The notes under the pieces: model-generated | What the model was told of the DNA's origin: nothing | The model's input: the letters and a program-made list of their open reading frames with translations, nothing else | Databases searched by the model: none | DNA from: an uncultured Thermus sp. | Lineage (GTDB): Bacteria > Deinococcota > Deinococci > Deinococcales > Thermaceae | Length of the DNA: 48,803 bases | Reading direction: 5' to 3' | NCBI GenBank assembly: GCA_947085095.1 | Contig: CAMTVD010000021.1 | Coordinates: 1 to 48,803 of the forward strand | Shown here: one piece after another, positions 26,623-37,336 of the stretch | Numbering within the stretch: the first letter of the stretch is position 1 | Layout: each line of letters begins with the position of its first letter | Position numbers and translations under genes: made by a program

Positions 26623-27797
26623 TGAAGCGGCGCGGTAGGGGGGGCGGTAGCGTTTTCTACCACGAGGGCAAGGGGAAGTGGGTAGCCCAACTTGCCTGGG
26701 TAGACCCCGCTACGGGCCGCAAGCTGAAGCGGGAGAAGCATTGCGCCACCAGGAGGGAGGCCGAGCAGGCCCTGGCCCAAATGGTGGCCGAACAGGCCCG
26801 GGGGCTCCTCATGGACCCCTCCAGGCTCACCACAAGGGAGTTTGCCCTGGAGTACCTGAAGCGCCTGGAGCGGGAGGGGCTGAGGCCGAACTCCATCCGC
26901 CTGGCCCGGGGGGAACTGGCCTACGCCATCCCTTCCCTCAAAGACCCCAAGGCTCATGACCCCCTAGGCCGCATGCGCCTCCAGGAGGTGAGGCCGGTGC
27001 ATGTGCGGGCCGCCGTGGACCGGGTGATGGAAGCGGGCTACGCCCCCCGCACCGTGGGCCGGGTGCTCATGCGCCTCAAGGCCCTCTTCCGGGAGGCCCT
27101 ACGCCTGGAGCTGGTGGCCAGGAACCCCGCGGAAGCGGTGCGGGTGCGCCTGCCTAAGGGGGAGAAGGCCGCGAGGGCCCTGGAGCCTGAGGAGGTGGCC
27201 CGGCTCCTGGAGGCCGCGGAAGCCTCCCGGTCCAAGGACATGGCCCTCCTCCTCCGGCTCATGCTGGAAACCGGGTTGCGCCGGGGGGAGGCCCTGGCCC
27301 TGCAATGGCGGGACGTGGACCTGGAGCGGGGCGAGGTGCGGGTGTGGCGGGCATGGGCCAAGGTGGGAAGCAGGGGCGCTTTCACCCCCCTGAAAACCCC
27401 CACGGCCAAACGGGTGGTGCCCCTCCCCCTCGGGCTCCTGCGCCGCTTGAAGGCGAGGAAAGAGGAACTTCTGGAGCGCCTGACCTTGGAGGAGGTAAGC
27501 GCCCTCCACCTGGTGGGTGGGGTGAAGCCGGTAGACCCTGACGCTTTCAACCACTACCTGCGCCGCCTGGCAGAAAGGGCGGGCCTGGGCCGGGTTAGGG
27601 TCCATGACCTCCGGCACACCTGGGCCACCCTGGCCCTCTCCCGGGGCATCCCCCTGGAGGTGGTGAGCGAGCGCCTGGGCCACGCCTCCCCCACCATCAC
27701 CCTGAACGTCTACCGGCACCTCCTGGAGGAGGAGCGCCGGGGGTATGTGGTGGACCTGGAAGACCTCCTCTTCCCCGGCCCCCGGGCCGTTTCGTGA
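26622..27797 (+). CDS. int: Site-specific tyrosine integrase
   Basis: N-terminal arm-binding segment (RRGRGGGSVFY..KWVAQ), TGLRRGE, HDLRH, LGHA, catalytic Tyr in NVYRH; next to the tRNA att site. Confidence 0.96.
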   Translation: MKRRGRGGGSVFYHEGKGKWVAQLAWVDPATGRKLKREKHCATRREAEQALAQMVAEQARGLLMDPSRLTTREFALEYLKRLEREGLRPNSIRLARGELAYAIPSLKDPKAHDPLGRMRLQEVRPVHVRAAVDRVMEAGYAPRTVGRVLMRLKALFREALRLELVARNPAEAVRVRLPKGEKAARALEPEEVARLLEAAEASRSKDMALLLRLMLETGLRRGEALALQWRDVDLERGEVRVWRAWAKVGSRGAFTPLKTPTAKRVVPLPLGLLRRLKARKEELLERLTLEEVSALHLVGGVKPVDPDAFNHYLRRLAERAGLGRVRVHDLRHTWATLALSRGIPLEVVSERLGHASPTITLNVYRHLLEEERRGYVVDLEDLLFPGPRAVS

Positions 27798-27801
27798 ACC
27801 G

Positions 27802-27825
27802 ATAGACCGGCTGATAAACCGGCTG
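27802..27825 (+). repeat. Putative integrase arm-type site, right end
   Basis: Identical 24-mer to 20270-20293. Confidence 0.75.
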
Positions 27826-27831
27826 AAGGGA

Positions 27832-27857
27832 TTCCCCCCACGCTACCGTGGGGGGAA
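27832..27857. terminator. Hairpin between convergent int and tRNA-Val
   Basis: TTCCCCCCACG-CTAC-CGTGGGGGGAA perfect 11-bp stem. Confidence 0.7.
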
Positions 27858-27874
27858 GCATTGTGTCCTGGAGC

Positions 27875-27951
27875 TGGTGGGCGGCGTAGGACTTGAACCT
27901 ACGACCTCTCGCTTGTAAGGCGAGCGCTCTGACCAGCTGAGCTAGCCGCCC
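27875..27951 (-). tRNA. tRNA-Val (TAC)
   Basis: GGGCGGCTAGCTCAGCTGGTCAGAGCGCTCGCCTTACAAGCGAG...GGTTCAAGTCC...CCA cloverleaf. Confidence 0.97.
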
Positions 27952-27952
27952 A

Positions 27953-28027
27953 TGGTGACCCCAGGGGGAATCGAACCCCCGTTTCGGCCTTGAGAGGGCC
28001 GCGTCCTGACCGCTAGACGATGGGGCC
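27953..28027 (-). tRNA. tRNA-Glu (CTC)
   Basis: GGCCCCATCGTCTAGCGGTCAGGACGCGGCCCTCTCAAGGCCG...GGTTCGATTCC...CCA cloverleaf. Confidence 0.97.
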
Positions 28028-28058
28028 GTGCAAAAGGCCAGCGCCCACGCGCTTATCC

Positions 28059-28087
28059 AGTCTAGGCCCTTTGGACTACGCCCGCAA
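28059..28087 (-). promoter_or_regulatory. Sigma-A promoter of tRNA-Glu/tRNA-Val
   Basis: TTGCGG, 17 nt, TAGACT on the minus strand. Confidence 0.65.
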
Positions 28088-28094
28088 GCCCCGG

Positions 28095-28122
28095 AAAACC
28101 TAGCCCCCCAAGGCGGGGGGCT
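28095..28122 (-). terminator. Intrinsic terminator after tRNA-Lys
   Basis: AGCCCCCC-loop-GGGGGGCT followed by AGGTTTT on the minus strand. Confidence 0.7.
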
Positions 28123-28126
28123 GAGC

Positions 28127-28202
28127 TGGTGGGCCGTGCAGGATTCGAACCTGCGACCTACCGATTAAAAGTCGGTTGCTCTGCCAGCTGAGCTAACGGC
28201 CC
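28127..28202 (-). tRNA. tRNA-Lys (TTT)
   Basis: GGGCCGTTAGCTCAGCTGGCAGAGCAACCGACTTTTAATCGG...GGTTCGAATCC...CCA cloverleaf. Confidence 0.97.
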
Positions 28203-28214
28203 AAGGCCTTCCCG

Positions 28215-28243
28215 ATTATAGGGGGCTAAGAGGGCCTGCGCAA
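28215..28243 (-). promoter_or_regulatory. Sigma-A promoter of tRNA-Lys
   Basis: TTGCGC, 17 nt, TATAAT on the minus strand. Confidence 0.75.
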
Positions 28244-28927
28244 GGTTTCCATGATGAAGAGGCCCAGGGCCTCCTCCCGGGCCCGGGTCCTCAAGCTTTC
28301 TAGGTCAAAGGGGCGGGGGGCCAGGGGCTCCAGGGCCTCCTGGGGCAGGGGGGCCGCCTGCAGGAAGGCGAAAAAGCCCGGGTCCGTCCACGGGGGGACC
28401 CAGGCCCCGCTGCGGCAGAGGAAGACCCGGTGGAAGACCCCCTCCACCCTTCCCCCGGGGTCCACCTCCCGCCTTAGGGGCACCATGGGCCCTGGCTCCA
28501 GGGCCGGGTCCCGCCAGGGAGGGTAAAAGACCCGCAGGCGGGCCCCCAGGCGGTGGTAGAAGACCATCCAGTCGTCGCAGGCGGGAAGCTCCCCCAAGGG
28601 CCTGTACCCCGCGTCGTGGTGAGCGTCAAAGAGGACCACCTCCTCCACCCCCTGGCGCACCCTCTCGTGGAAGGCCAGGGCGTTGGAATCCGCATAGTAG
28701 AGCACCGCCCCCGGGGCAAAGGCAAAGCGCTCCCAAAACCCCTCCCACCCCCGGGCCTCGGGCAGGGGCAGGCCCCGGAGGAAAAAGGCCAAGGCCCTTT
28801 CCTCCCAGGCCTCCAGGAGATAGTAGGGGGTCTCAAAGTGGGCCCAGGCGAAAAGGGGGGCCAAGGGGTCCCTGGGGTCTTGGGGCACGGGGAAGAAGTA
28901 GTCAAAGTCCACCACCAGAAGCCGCAC
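28226..28927 (-). CDS. Hypothetical protein, arginase/UPF0489-like metallo-fold
   Basis: VDFDYFF and FDAHHD putative metal-binding motifs. Confidence 0.75.
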   Translation of the reverse strand: MRLLVVDFDYFFPVPQDPRDPLAPLFAWAHFETPYYLLEAWEERALAFFLRGLPLPEARGWEGFWERFAFAPGAVLYYADSNALAFHERVRQGVEEVVLFDAHHDAGYRPLGELPACDDWMVFYHRLGARLRVFYPPWRDPALEPGPMVPLRREVDPGGRVEGVFHRVFLCRSGAWVPPWTDPGFFAFLQAAPLPQEALEPLAPRPFDLESLRTRAREEALGLFIMETLRRPS

Positions 28928-28983
28928 GCCTCAAGAAATAGCAAAGCCCCCCGCCCCCAGGGCAGGGGGCCTGGGTAGGAGCG

Positions 28984-31362
<2,379 letters not shown>

Positions 31363-31370
31363 TCAACCCC

Positions 31371-32384
31371 CTAGAACTTGGGCAGGGCCTTGAAGTCTAC
31401 CCCCTCCACCCTAAGCCCGTCCAGGTAGCGGACTAAGGCATCCAGGTCCTCTTCCGAAAGCTGCGGGAAGCCCGGCATCTTCACCCCCGGCTTCATGCTG
31501 GCAGGGTCCTTGATCCAGGCCTTCAGGTTCTCCGGGGTGTAGTCCACAATCCCCGCCCCCAGGCTCACGCGGTTGCCCATGAAGCCCAGCTCGGGACCGA
31601 TGACCGCTGGAGGCATCCTCCCCTGCACCCCGTGGCAGGCCATGCAGTTCTGCTGGAAGACCTCCTGGCCCCGGGCGTCGGCCACAGGAGGCGTGTAGGC
31701 CTTGGCCGCCTCCACGAAGCGGTCAAACTCCTCCTTGGGCACCACCAGGACCCTAAAGAGCATCCGGGCGTGGCTGGGACCGCAGAGCTCGGCGCAGAAG
31801 CCGTAGTAGTTCCCGGGCTCCTTGGGGGTGAAATGGAGAAGAGTCTTTTGTCCCGGAATGGCGTCCCGCTTGCCCGCAAGCCCCGGCACCCAGAAGGAGT
31901 GGATCACGTCCTTGGAGGTGATCTCCAGCTCCACCGGGACCCCCGCGGGCAGGATGAGCTCGTTGGAGTTCCTGAGACCAAGCGCAGGGTAGTGGAAGTC
32001 CCACCAGAACTGGTAGCCGATGACCTCCACTTTCATGGCCCCAGGGATGGGGCGGTTCACCTGGATGAGGGCCATGGCCGTGAGGCCGAAGAGGACCAGG
32101 ACGATGCCCAAGGGGATGAGGGTCCAGATGACCTCGAGGCGGTCGTTCCCGTGGACCTGGGGCGGCTCCCCCTCCTGCCCCGGCTTGGCCCGGAACTTCC
32201 AGGTGACGTAGGCCAAGGCCCCGGCCACCACCAGAAAGATCACGATGGAGAAGAAGTAAACCCAGGGCCAGAGAAAGGCCACCTCCTGGTTGAAGGAGCC
32301 CCCGGGGCGGGTGATGTCCACCCGGTGCGCCTCCTGGGCCAGACCCAGACCTAAAAAGCTCAGCGCCGCTACACCTCTTCTCAT
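31371..32384 (-). CDS. ctaC: caa3-type cytochrome c oxidase subunit II with fused cytochrome c
   Basis: CuA motif DVIHSF...CAELCGPSHARM and heme c motif CMACH. Confidence 0.95.
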   Translation of the reverse strand: MRRGVAALSFLGLGLAQEAHRVDITRPGGSFNQEVAFLWPWVYFFSIVIFLVVAGALAYVTWKFRAKPGQEGEPPQVHGNDRLEVIWTLIPLGIVLVLFGLTAMALIQVNRPIPGAMKVEVIGYQFWWDFHYPALGLRNSNELILPAGVPVELEITSKDVIHSFWVPGLAGKRDAIPGQKTLLHFTPKEPGNYYGFCAELCGPSHARMLFRVLVVPKEEFDRFVEAAKAYTPPVADARGQEVFQQNCMACHGVQGRMPPAVIGPELGFMGNRVSLGAGIVDYTPENLKAWIKDPASMKPGVKMPGFPQLSEEDLDALVRYLDGLRVEGVDFKALPKF

Positions 32385-32395
32385 CCACTCCCTCC

Positions 32396-34213
32396 CTAAA
32401 GCGCCCGATCCACCGCCATGCCCACGAAGAGCAGGGCCAGATAGAGCATGGAGTATTTATACAGCGAAACCGCCGTCCTGCGCTCGGGGTGGCGGTAGAG
32501 GGCCAAGCTCTTGAGGATAAGGAGCCCGTTGAGGACCAGGCTGAAGGCCAGGTACAAAAGGCCAAGCTCCCCCAGGACGAGGGGCATTAAGGAGATCAGG
32601 GCGGTGAGGACCGCGTAGAGGGCGATCTGCATCACCGTGACCCGCTCCCCCAGGACCACGGGGAGCATGGGCACCCCCACGGCCCGGTAGTCCTCCTGGA
32701 TCATGAGGGCCAAAGCCCAGAAGTGCACGGGGGTCCAGAAGAAGATGAGGGCGAAGAGGTACCAGGCGAAGAGGTTAAGCTCCCCGGTGACCGCCGCCCA
32801 GCCCACCAAAGGAGGGAAGGCCCCCGCCGCCCCGCCGATGACGATGTTGTGCCAGGTGCGCCGCTTCAGGTAGAGGGTGTAGACCAAAACGTACCAGATG
32901 AGGCCCATCAGGGCCAGGGTGGCGGCCAGGAGGTTCGCCCCCCACCAGAGGAGGAGGAAGGCCAAGAGGGCCAGGACGAAGGCGAAGAGGAGGGCCTCTC
33001 GGCTTCCGATCTTCTGGGTGACCGTGGGCCTTTGGGCGGTGCGCTTCATGCGGGCGTCAATGTCCCGGTCCACCACCATGTTGATGGCGTTGGCCGCCCC
33101 CGCCATCATGTACCCCCCCAGGGCCACCAGCAAAAAGAGGCCTGTCCCTGGCCAGCCCTGGGCGGCGATGAGCATGGCCAAGAGGGTGGTAAAGAGGAGC
33201 AGGCTGATGACCCGGGGCTTGGTGAGGGCCAAATAGTCCTTAAAGGTGGCCCCCCCGGTTCCCCGGTGGACCTCGCTCCCCCCCTCCCCCAGCTCCACCC
33301 GCCTGGCCCCCCGGGCCAGGGCGGAAGCGGCGAGGAAGAGGAAGAGGATCCAGATAACGTAGGCCAGGAAGAGGTGGAGGATCTGCATCCAGACCGGGGC
33401 CTTGAGGGCCACGTTCACCAGGCCCGCCAGGAGCTGGGCCCCGTAGAAGTAGGCCAGGAGGTGGGCGAAGCGGCGGGTGTGGGCCGAGGGGCGGAGGTGG
33501 GCCACCAGATACCCGGCGAAGACCACGTAAAGCCCCACGCTCACGGCGATCAGGGGGTGGAGAACCCTAAGGCGCACCAGGAAGTGCTCCCCTGGGGTCA
33601 GGGAACGCTCCAGGGCCTCGAGGGTGTTCCGCACGGGGAAGAGGAGGTCCCCCAAGGCGGTGACCGCCCCGCTCATGCCCAGGAAGAGGAGGGCGAGGAA
33701 GCCAAGGAGGAGGGCGAGCCCCACCGCCCCCTGGCCCCTCAGGCGCAAAGGGGCCCCGCCCGAGGTCCACCAGGCGGTGAGGGCCAAAGCCCCCAGGAGG
33801 AAGTAGGTGTTGACCAGGTGGACCATCTGCACCACGGCCCGCTCCGGGCTCACGTTGTGGGCCACCCAACCGAAGAGGACCAAAGAGGCCCCCACCAGAC
33901 TCTCCGTGACCATGAAGAACATGGAGAGGCCGGCCCCAAAACGGGCGGGGTGGCCCTTGGGCAGGGTGCGCAGGGCCAGGATCAGAAGGGCGAGAACGGC
34001 GAGGAAGGCCAGGCCCGAGGTGGCCCGGTGGGTGAACTCAATGAGGGTTTCCACCTGGGGAGCGCGGGGGATGATCTCCCCGTTGCAGGTGGGCCAGTGG
34101 GACCCGCACCCAGCCCCCGAGCCCGTGGCCCGCACAAAAGCCCCCCAAAGGGCCACCAGGACGTTCCACAGCAAGACCCCCCAGGCGTAGCGGCTCAACC
34201 AGGTTTGGCTCAT
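32396..34213 (-). CDS. ctaB: Fused heme A synthase (CtaA/COX15) and protoheme IX farnesyltransferase (CtaB)
   Basis: N-half [18 protein letters not shown]-half [29 protein letters not shown]. Confidence 0.92.
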   Translation of the reverse strand: MSQTWLSRYAWGVLLWNVLVALWGAFVRATGSGAGCGSHWPTCNGEIIPRAPQVETLIEFTHRATSGLAFLAVLALLILALRTLPKGHPARFGAGLSMFFMVTESLVGASLVLFGWVAHNVSPERAVVQMVHLVNTYFLLGALALTAWWTSGGAPLRLRGQGAVGLALLLGFLALLFLGMSGAVTALGDLLFPVRNTLEALERSLTPGEHFLVRLRVLHPLIAVSVGLYVVFAGYLVAHLRPSAHTRRFAHLLAYFYGAQLLAGLVNVALKAPVWMQILHLFLAYVIWILFLFLAASALARGARRVELGEGGSEVHRGTGGATFKDYLALTKPRVISLLLFTTLLAMLIAAQGWPGTGLFLLVALGGYMMAGAANAINMVVDRDIDARMKRTAQRPTVTQKIGSREALLFAFVLALLAFLLLWWGANLLAATLALMGLIWYVLVYTLYLKRRTWHNIVIGGAAGAFPPLVGWAAVTGELNLFAWYLFALIFFWTPVHFWALALMIQEDYRAVGVPMLPVVLGERVTVMQIALYAVLTALISLMPLVLGELGLLYLAFSLVLNGLLILKSLALYRHPERRTAVSLYKYSMLYLALLFVGMAVDRAL

Positions 34214-34350
34214 AGGAAAACCCGCCCCCCAGATGCTAACGCCTCCCATTCTGCCAGAAGGAACCGCGAAGGGGTAAAGTACATTTGTCCCTTCGTCTCA
34301 CACCGCCTTTGAGCCTAATACCCTGGCCCCCTCTTTACAAGGGGCGGCCC

Positions 34351-35940
34351 CTACTCCACCCGGGGAGCCACCTTGAGCACGGCCTCGGGCACGCCGTCCG
34401 CGTACTTCTGGAAGTTGTCCTGGAAAAGCTGGGCCAGTTTCCGCGCCTGGCGGTCGTAGGCTTCCTTGTCCGCCCAGGTCCCCCGGGGGTCCAAAAGCTC
34501 GGCGGGCACCCCCGGGACCTCGAGGGGCACCTCAAAGCCGAAGACCGGGTCCTTCCGGTAGGCTACCCCGTCCAGAAGGCCGTTCAGAGCGGCTTTTAAG
34601 AGGGCCCGGGTCACGGGCAGGGGAAAGCGGTGCCCCACCCCGTAAGGGCCTCCGGTCCAGCCGGTGTTCACCAGGTAAACCCTGGGTCCGTGCCTCCTGA
34701 TCTTCTCCCCCAGCATCCCCGCATAGACCCCGGGGTGCATGGGCAGGAAGGGGGCGCCAAAGCAGGCGGAGAAGGTGGCCTTGGGCTCGGTGATGCCCCG
34801 CTCCGTCCCCGCCACCCGGGCGGTGTAGCCAGAGAGGAAGTAGTACATGGCCTGTTCAGGGGAAAGCCGGGCGATGGGGGGCAGGACCCCATAGGCGTCG
34901 GCGGAAAGGAAGAAGATGGCCCTGGGGTGGCCCGCCATCCCCGAGTCCACCACGTTCTCCAGGTGGGCGATGGGGTAGGAGGCGCGGGTGTTCTCCGTCT
35001 TGGAGTCGTCGTCCCACTCCACCCGGCGGCTTTCCGGGTTCACCACCACGTTCTCCAGGATGGCCTCAAACTGGTTGGAGGCCTTGTAGATGAGGGGTTC
35101 ATACTCCGGGGAGAGGCGGATGACCTTGGCGTAGCACCCCCCCTCAAAGTTGAAGACCCCTTCCTCGCTCCAGCCGTGCTCGTCGTCCCCGATGAGGGGG
35201 CGGTCGGAGTCGGTGGAGAGGGTGGTCTTCCCGGTACCGGAAAGGCCGAAGAAGAGGGCCACATCCCCCTCCTTTCCCACGTTGGCGGAGGCGTGCATGG
35301 GGAAGACCCCCCGCTTGGGCATGAGGTAGTTCATCACGGTGAAGACGCTCTTCTTGATCTCCCCGGCGTACTTGGTGCCCACGATGAGGACCAGCCTCCT
35401 CAAGAAGCTGATGCCCACGAAGACCTCGCTCCGGGTGCCGTCCCGCTCGGGATGGGCCAGGAAGTAGGGGGCGTGGACCACGGTAAACCCGGGGGTAAAG
35501 CGCTCGGCCTCATCGTCCTTGGCAAAGCGGCGGGGCGGGAGGAACATGTTGCGGGCGAAGAGGGCATGCCAGGGGCTTTCCGTGACCACCCGCACCGCCA
35601 GGCGGTAGCGGGGGTCGGCGCCCGCATAAAGGTCCTGGACGTAGAGGTCCCGCTCGGACAGGTAGGCGGTCACCCGCTCGTAGAGGGCCTGGAAGGCCTC
35701 CGGGGGAAAGGGCTGGTTCACCTCGCCCCACCAGATCTCCCCCTCCACCTCCGGCTCCCGCACCACGAACTTGTCCTTGGGGCTTCTCCCCGTGTAGGGG
35801 GTGGTGTCCACCACCAAAGACCCCCTGTGGGCCAAGAACCCCTCGCTCCGGGCCAGGGTGTGCTCCACCAGAATGGGAGAGGCGGTGTTCCAGTAAACGG
35901 GCTTCTTGGGGTGTAGGCCTAGATAGTTAAGGCGGTCCAT
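34351..35940 (-). CDS. pckA: Phosphoenolpyruvate carboxykinase (ATP)
   Basis: [42 protein letters not shown]. Confidence 0.97.
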   Translation of the reverse strand: MDRLNYLGLHPKKPVYWNTASPILVEHTLARSEGFLAHRGSLVVDTTPYTGRSPKDKFVVREPEVEGEIWWGEVNQPFPPEAFQALYERVTAYLSERDLYVQDLYAGADPRYRLAVRVVTESPWHALFARNMFLPPRRFAKDDEAERFTPGFTVVHAPYFLAHPERDGTRSEVFVGISFLRRLVLIVGTKYAGEIKKSVFTVMNYLMPKRGVFPMHASANVGKEGDVALFFGLSGTGKTTLSTDSDRPLIGDDEHGWSEEGVFNFEGGCYAKVIRLSPEYEPLIYKASNQFEAILENVVVNPESRRVEWDDDSKTENTRASYPIAHLENVVDSGMAGHPRAIFFLSADAYGVLPPIARLSPEQAMYYFLSGYTARVAGTERGITEPKATFSACFGAPFLPMHPGVYAGMLGEKIRRHGPRVYLVNTGWTGGPYGVGHRFPLPVTRALLKAALNGLLDGVAYRKDPVFGFEVPLEVPGVPAELLDPRGTWADKEAYDRQARKLAQLFQDNFQKYADGVPEAVLKVAPRVE

Positions 35941-35988
35941 AGGGCCTCCTCGCGTCCAGGCTATCACAAAAGGCTTTCCACGCTTCCA

Positions 35989-37245
35989 CTAGGCCCCTTG
36001 GCGGCCCAAGAAGGCCCGGGCGAGCCGCTTCCCCAGCTCCACCCCGGGCTGGTCAAAGGCGTTCACCCCCCAAAGCTCCCCCAAGAAGGCGGTCTGCCAC
36101 ATGAGGTGTTGCAGGAGCCAGCCCACGGCGTAGGGGGAGACCTGGGAGAGGTAAAGGGCGAAGACCCTCTGCCCCGCCTCGGCCAGGGCCTGGTAGGTGG
36201 CCTCGGCCTCGGCCTGGAGGAGCTGGAAGAGGCTCTTTCCGAAGAGGTAGGAGGCCTCCCCCAGGCCCTCGTCTCCCGGCAGGATGAGGTCCTCTTGTGG
36301 GCTTTCCGGCACCACCAGGGCAATGAGCTTGTCCAAGGGGCCCTCCCGGAAGAGCTGCACCTGGGCGTGCTGGTCCTGGGGGCCCAGGGCGGGGACCGCG
36401 GTGGTGCCCACCCGGTTTCCCTCCCGGTCCACCTTGCCCAAGGACTCGTCGTGGAGCTGGACGAACCAGGCGGGGAGGTGCCTTAGCCTCTCCGAGTAGA
36501 CCATGAGGACGTGGATGGGAAGGTGACGGTGGAGGTGGAGGAGGAGGGCGGTCTTGAGGGGGAGGCTTTCCTCCACCGGGGCTAAGGCGGTCTCATTGGC
36601 CTTCCTTGCCCCCATGAGGAGGTCCTCCAGGTCCGCCCCGGCGAAGGCCAGGGGCAGAAGGCCCACCGGGGAGAGGACGGAGAACCGCCCCCCCACCTCC
36701 TGGGGGATGGCGAAGGCCCGAAGCCCCTCCCTCTTTGCGAAGGCCCTGAGGGGGCCCCCCAGGGGGTCGGTGGTCACCACCAGGTGGCGGCGCCAGGCCT
36801 CCCCCAGACCCCCCTTGAGCCAGTCCAGGAAGACGAGGAGAACGGCCAGGGTCTCGGCGGTGGCGCCCGACTTGGAGACGGCGTTGACCAAGGTCTTCCC
36901 GGGGTCCAGGGTGCGGAGGAGCCTGAGGACGGGCTCGGGCTCCACGTGGTCCACGAAGTGGAAGCGCACCCCGCTTTCGTTGAAGGCGGCCTCGAGGGCC
37001 TTAGGCCCCAGGGCGCTCCCCCCTATCCCTAAGAGGACGAAGTCCTCCACCCAGGGGTTTTGCTCGCGGAAGCGGCGGATCTCCCTTAAGGTCTCGGTGT
37101 CCTCAGGGAGGTCCATCCAGCCCAGCATGCTCCCCGGCTCCTTGCGCTTGGCGAGGAGGCGTTCCCGAGCCTCCTCCAAGAGGGGGGCGTGGCGCCCCAG
37201 GGCTTCCGGGAAATCGGGAAGGAAGCGGGTGTCCAGGCGGAGCAT
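35989..37245 (-). CDS. pgi: Glucose-6-phosphate isomerase
   Basis: GIGGSALG, SKSG.T.ET, VGGRFSVLS, ESLGK, DQPGVELGK. Confidence 0.96.
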   Translation of the reverse strand: MLRLDTRFLPDFPEALGRHAPLLEEARERLLAKRKEPGSMLGWMDLPEDTETLREIRRFREQNPWVEDFVLLGIGGSALGPKALEAAFNESGVRFHFVDHVEPEPVLRLLRTLDPGKTLVNAVSKSGATAETLAVLLVFLDWLKGGLGEAWRRHLVVTTDPLGGPLRAFAKREGLRAFAIPQEVGGRFSVLSPVGLLPLAFAGADLEDLLMGARKANETALAPVEESLPLKTALLLHLHRHLPIHVLMVYSERLRHLPAWFVQLHDESLGKVDREGNRVGTTAVPALGPQDQHAQVQLFREGPLDKLIALVVPESPQEDLILPGDEGLGEASYLFGKSLFQLLQAEAEATYQALAEAGQRVFALYLSQVSPYAVGWLLQHLMWQTAFLGELWGVNAFDQPGVELGKRLARAFLGRQGA

Positions 37246-37336
37246 AAGGCCATAGTACCCCAGGCGTCCTTCCCCTACCCGGCGACCCAAGGGGGTATGA
37301 GGCCCCGAAACCCCCAGGTTGCCGGAGAATAAGGGT

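Larger units (their letters stand above)
20120..27919. mobile_element. 7,755-bp integrative element (satellite/PICI-like or integrated plasmid) in tRNA-Val(TAC)
   Basis: Bounded by direct repeats of the tRNA-Val 3' half (20120-20164 and 27875-27919); encodes a tyrosine integrase, Xis-like protein, primase-polymerase, ATPase/helicase and a TA pair. Confidence 0.93.

Noticed and set aside
20120..27919. Full prophage or conjugative ICE
   Set aside because: Too small, and no recognisable large terminase, portal, capsid, tail, relaxase or T4SS genes
34284..34302. CRP/FNR-family site upstream of ctaAB (TGTCC-N7-TCACA)
   Set aside because: One half-site is poor and spacing is 7 rather than 6; not supportable by eye
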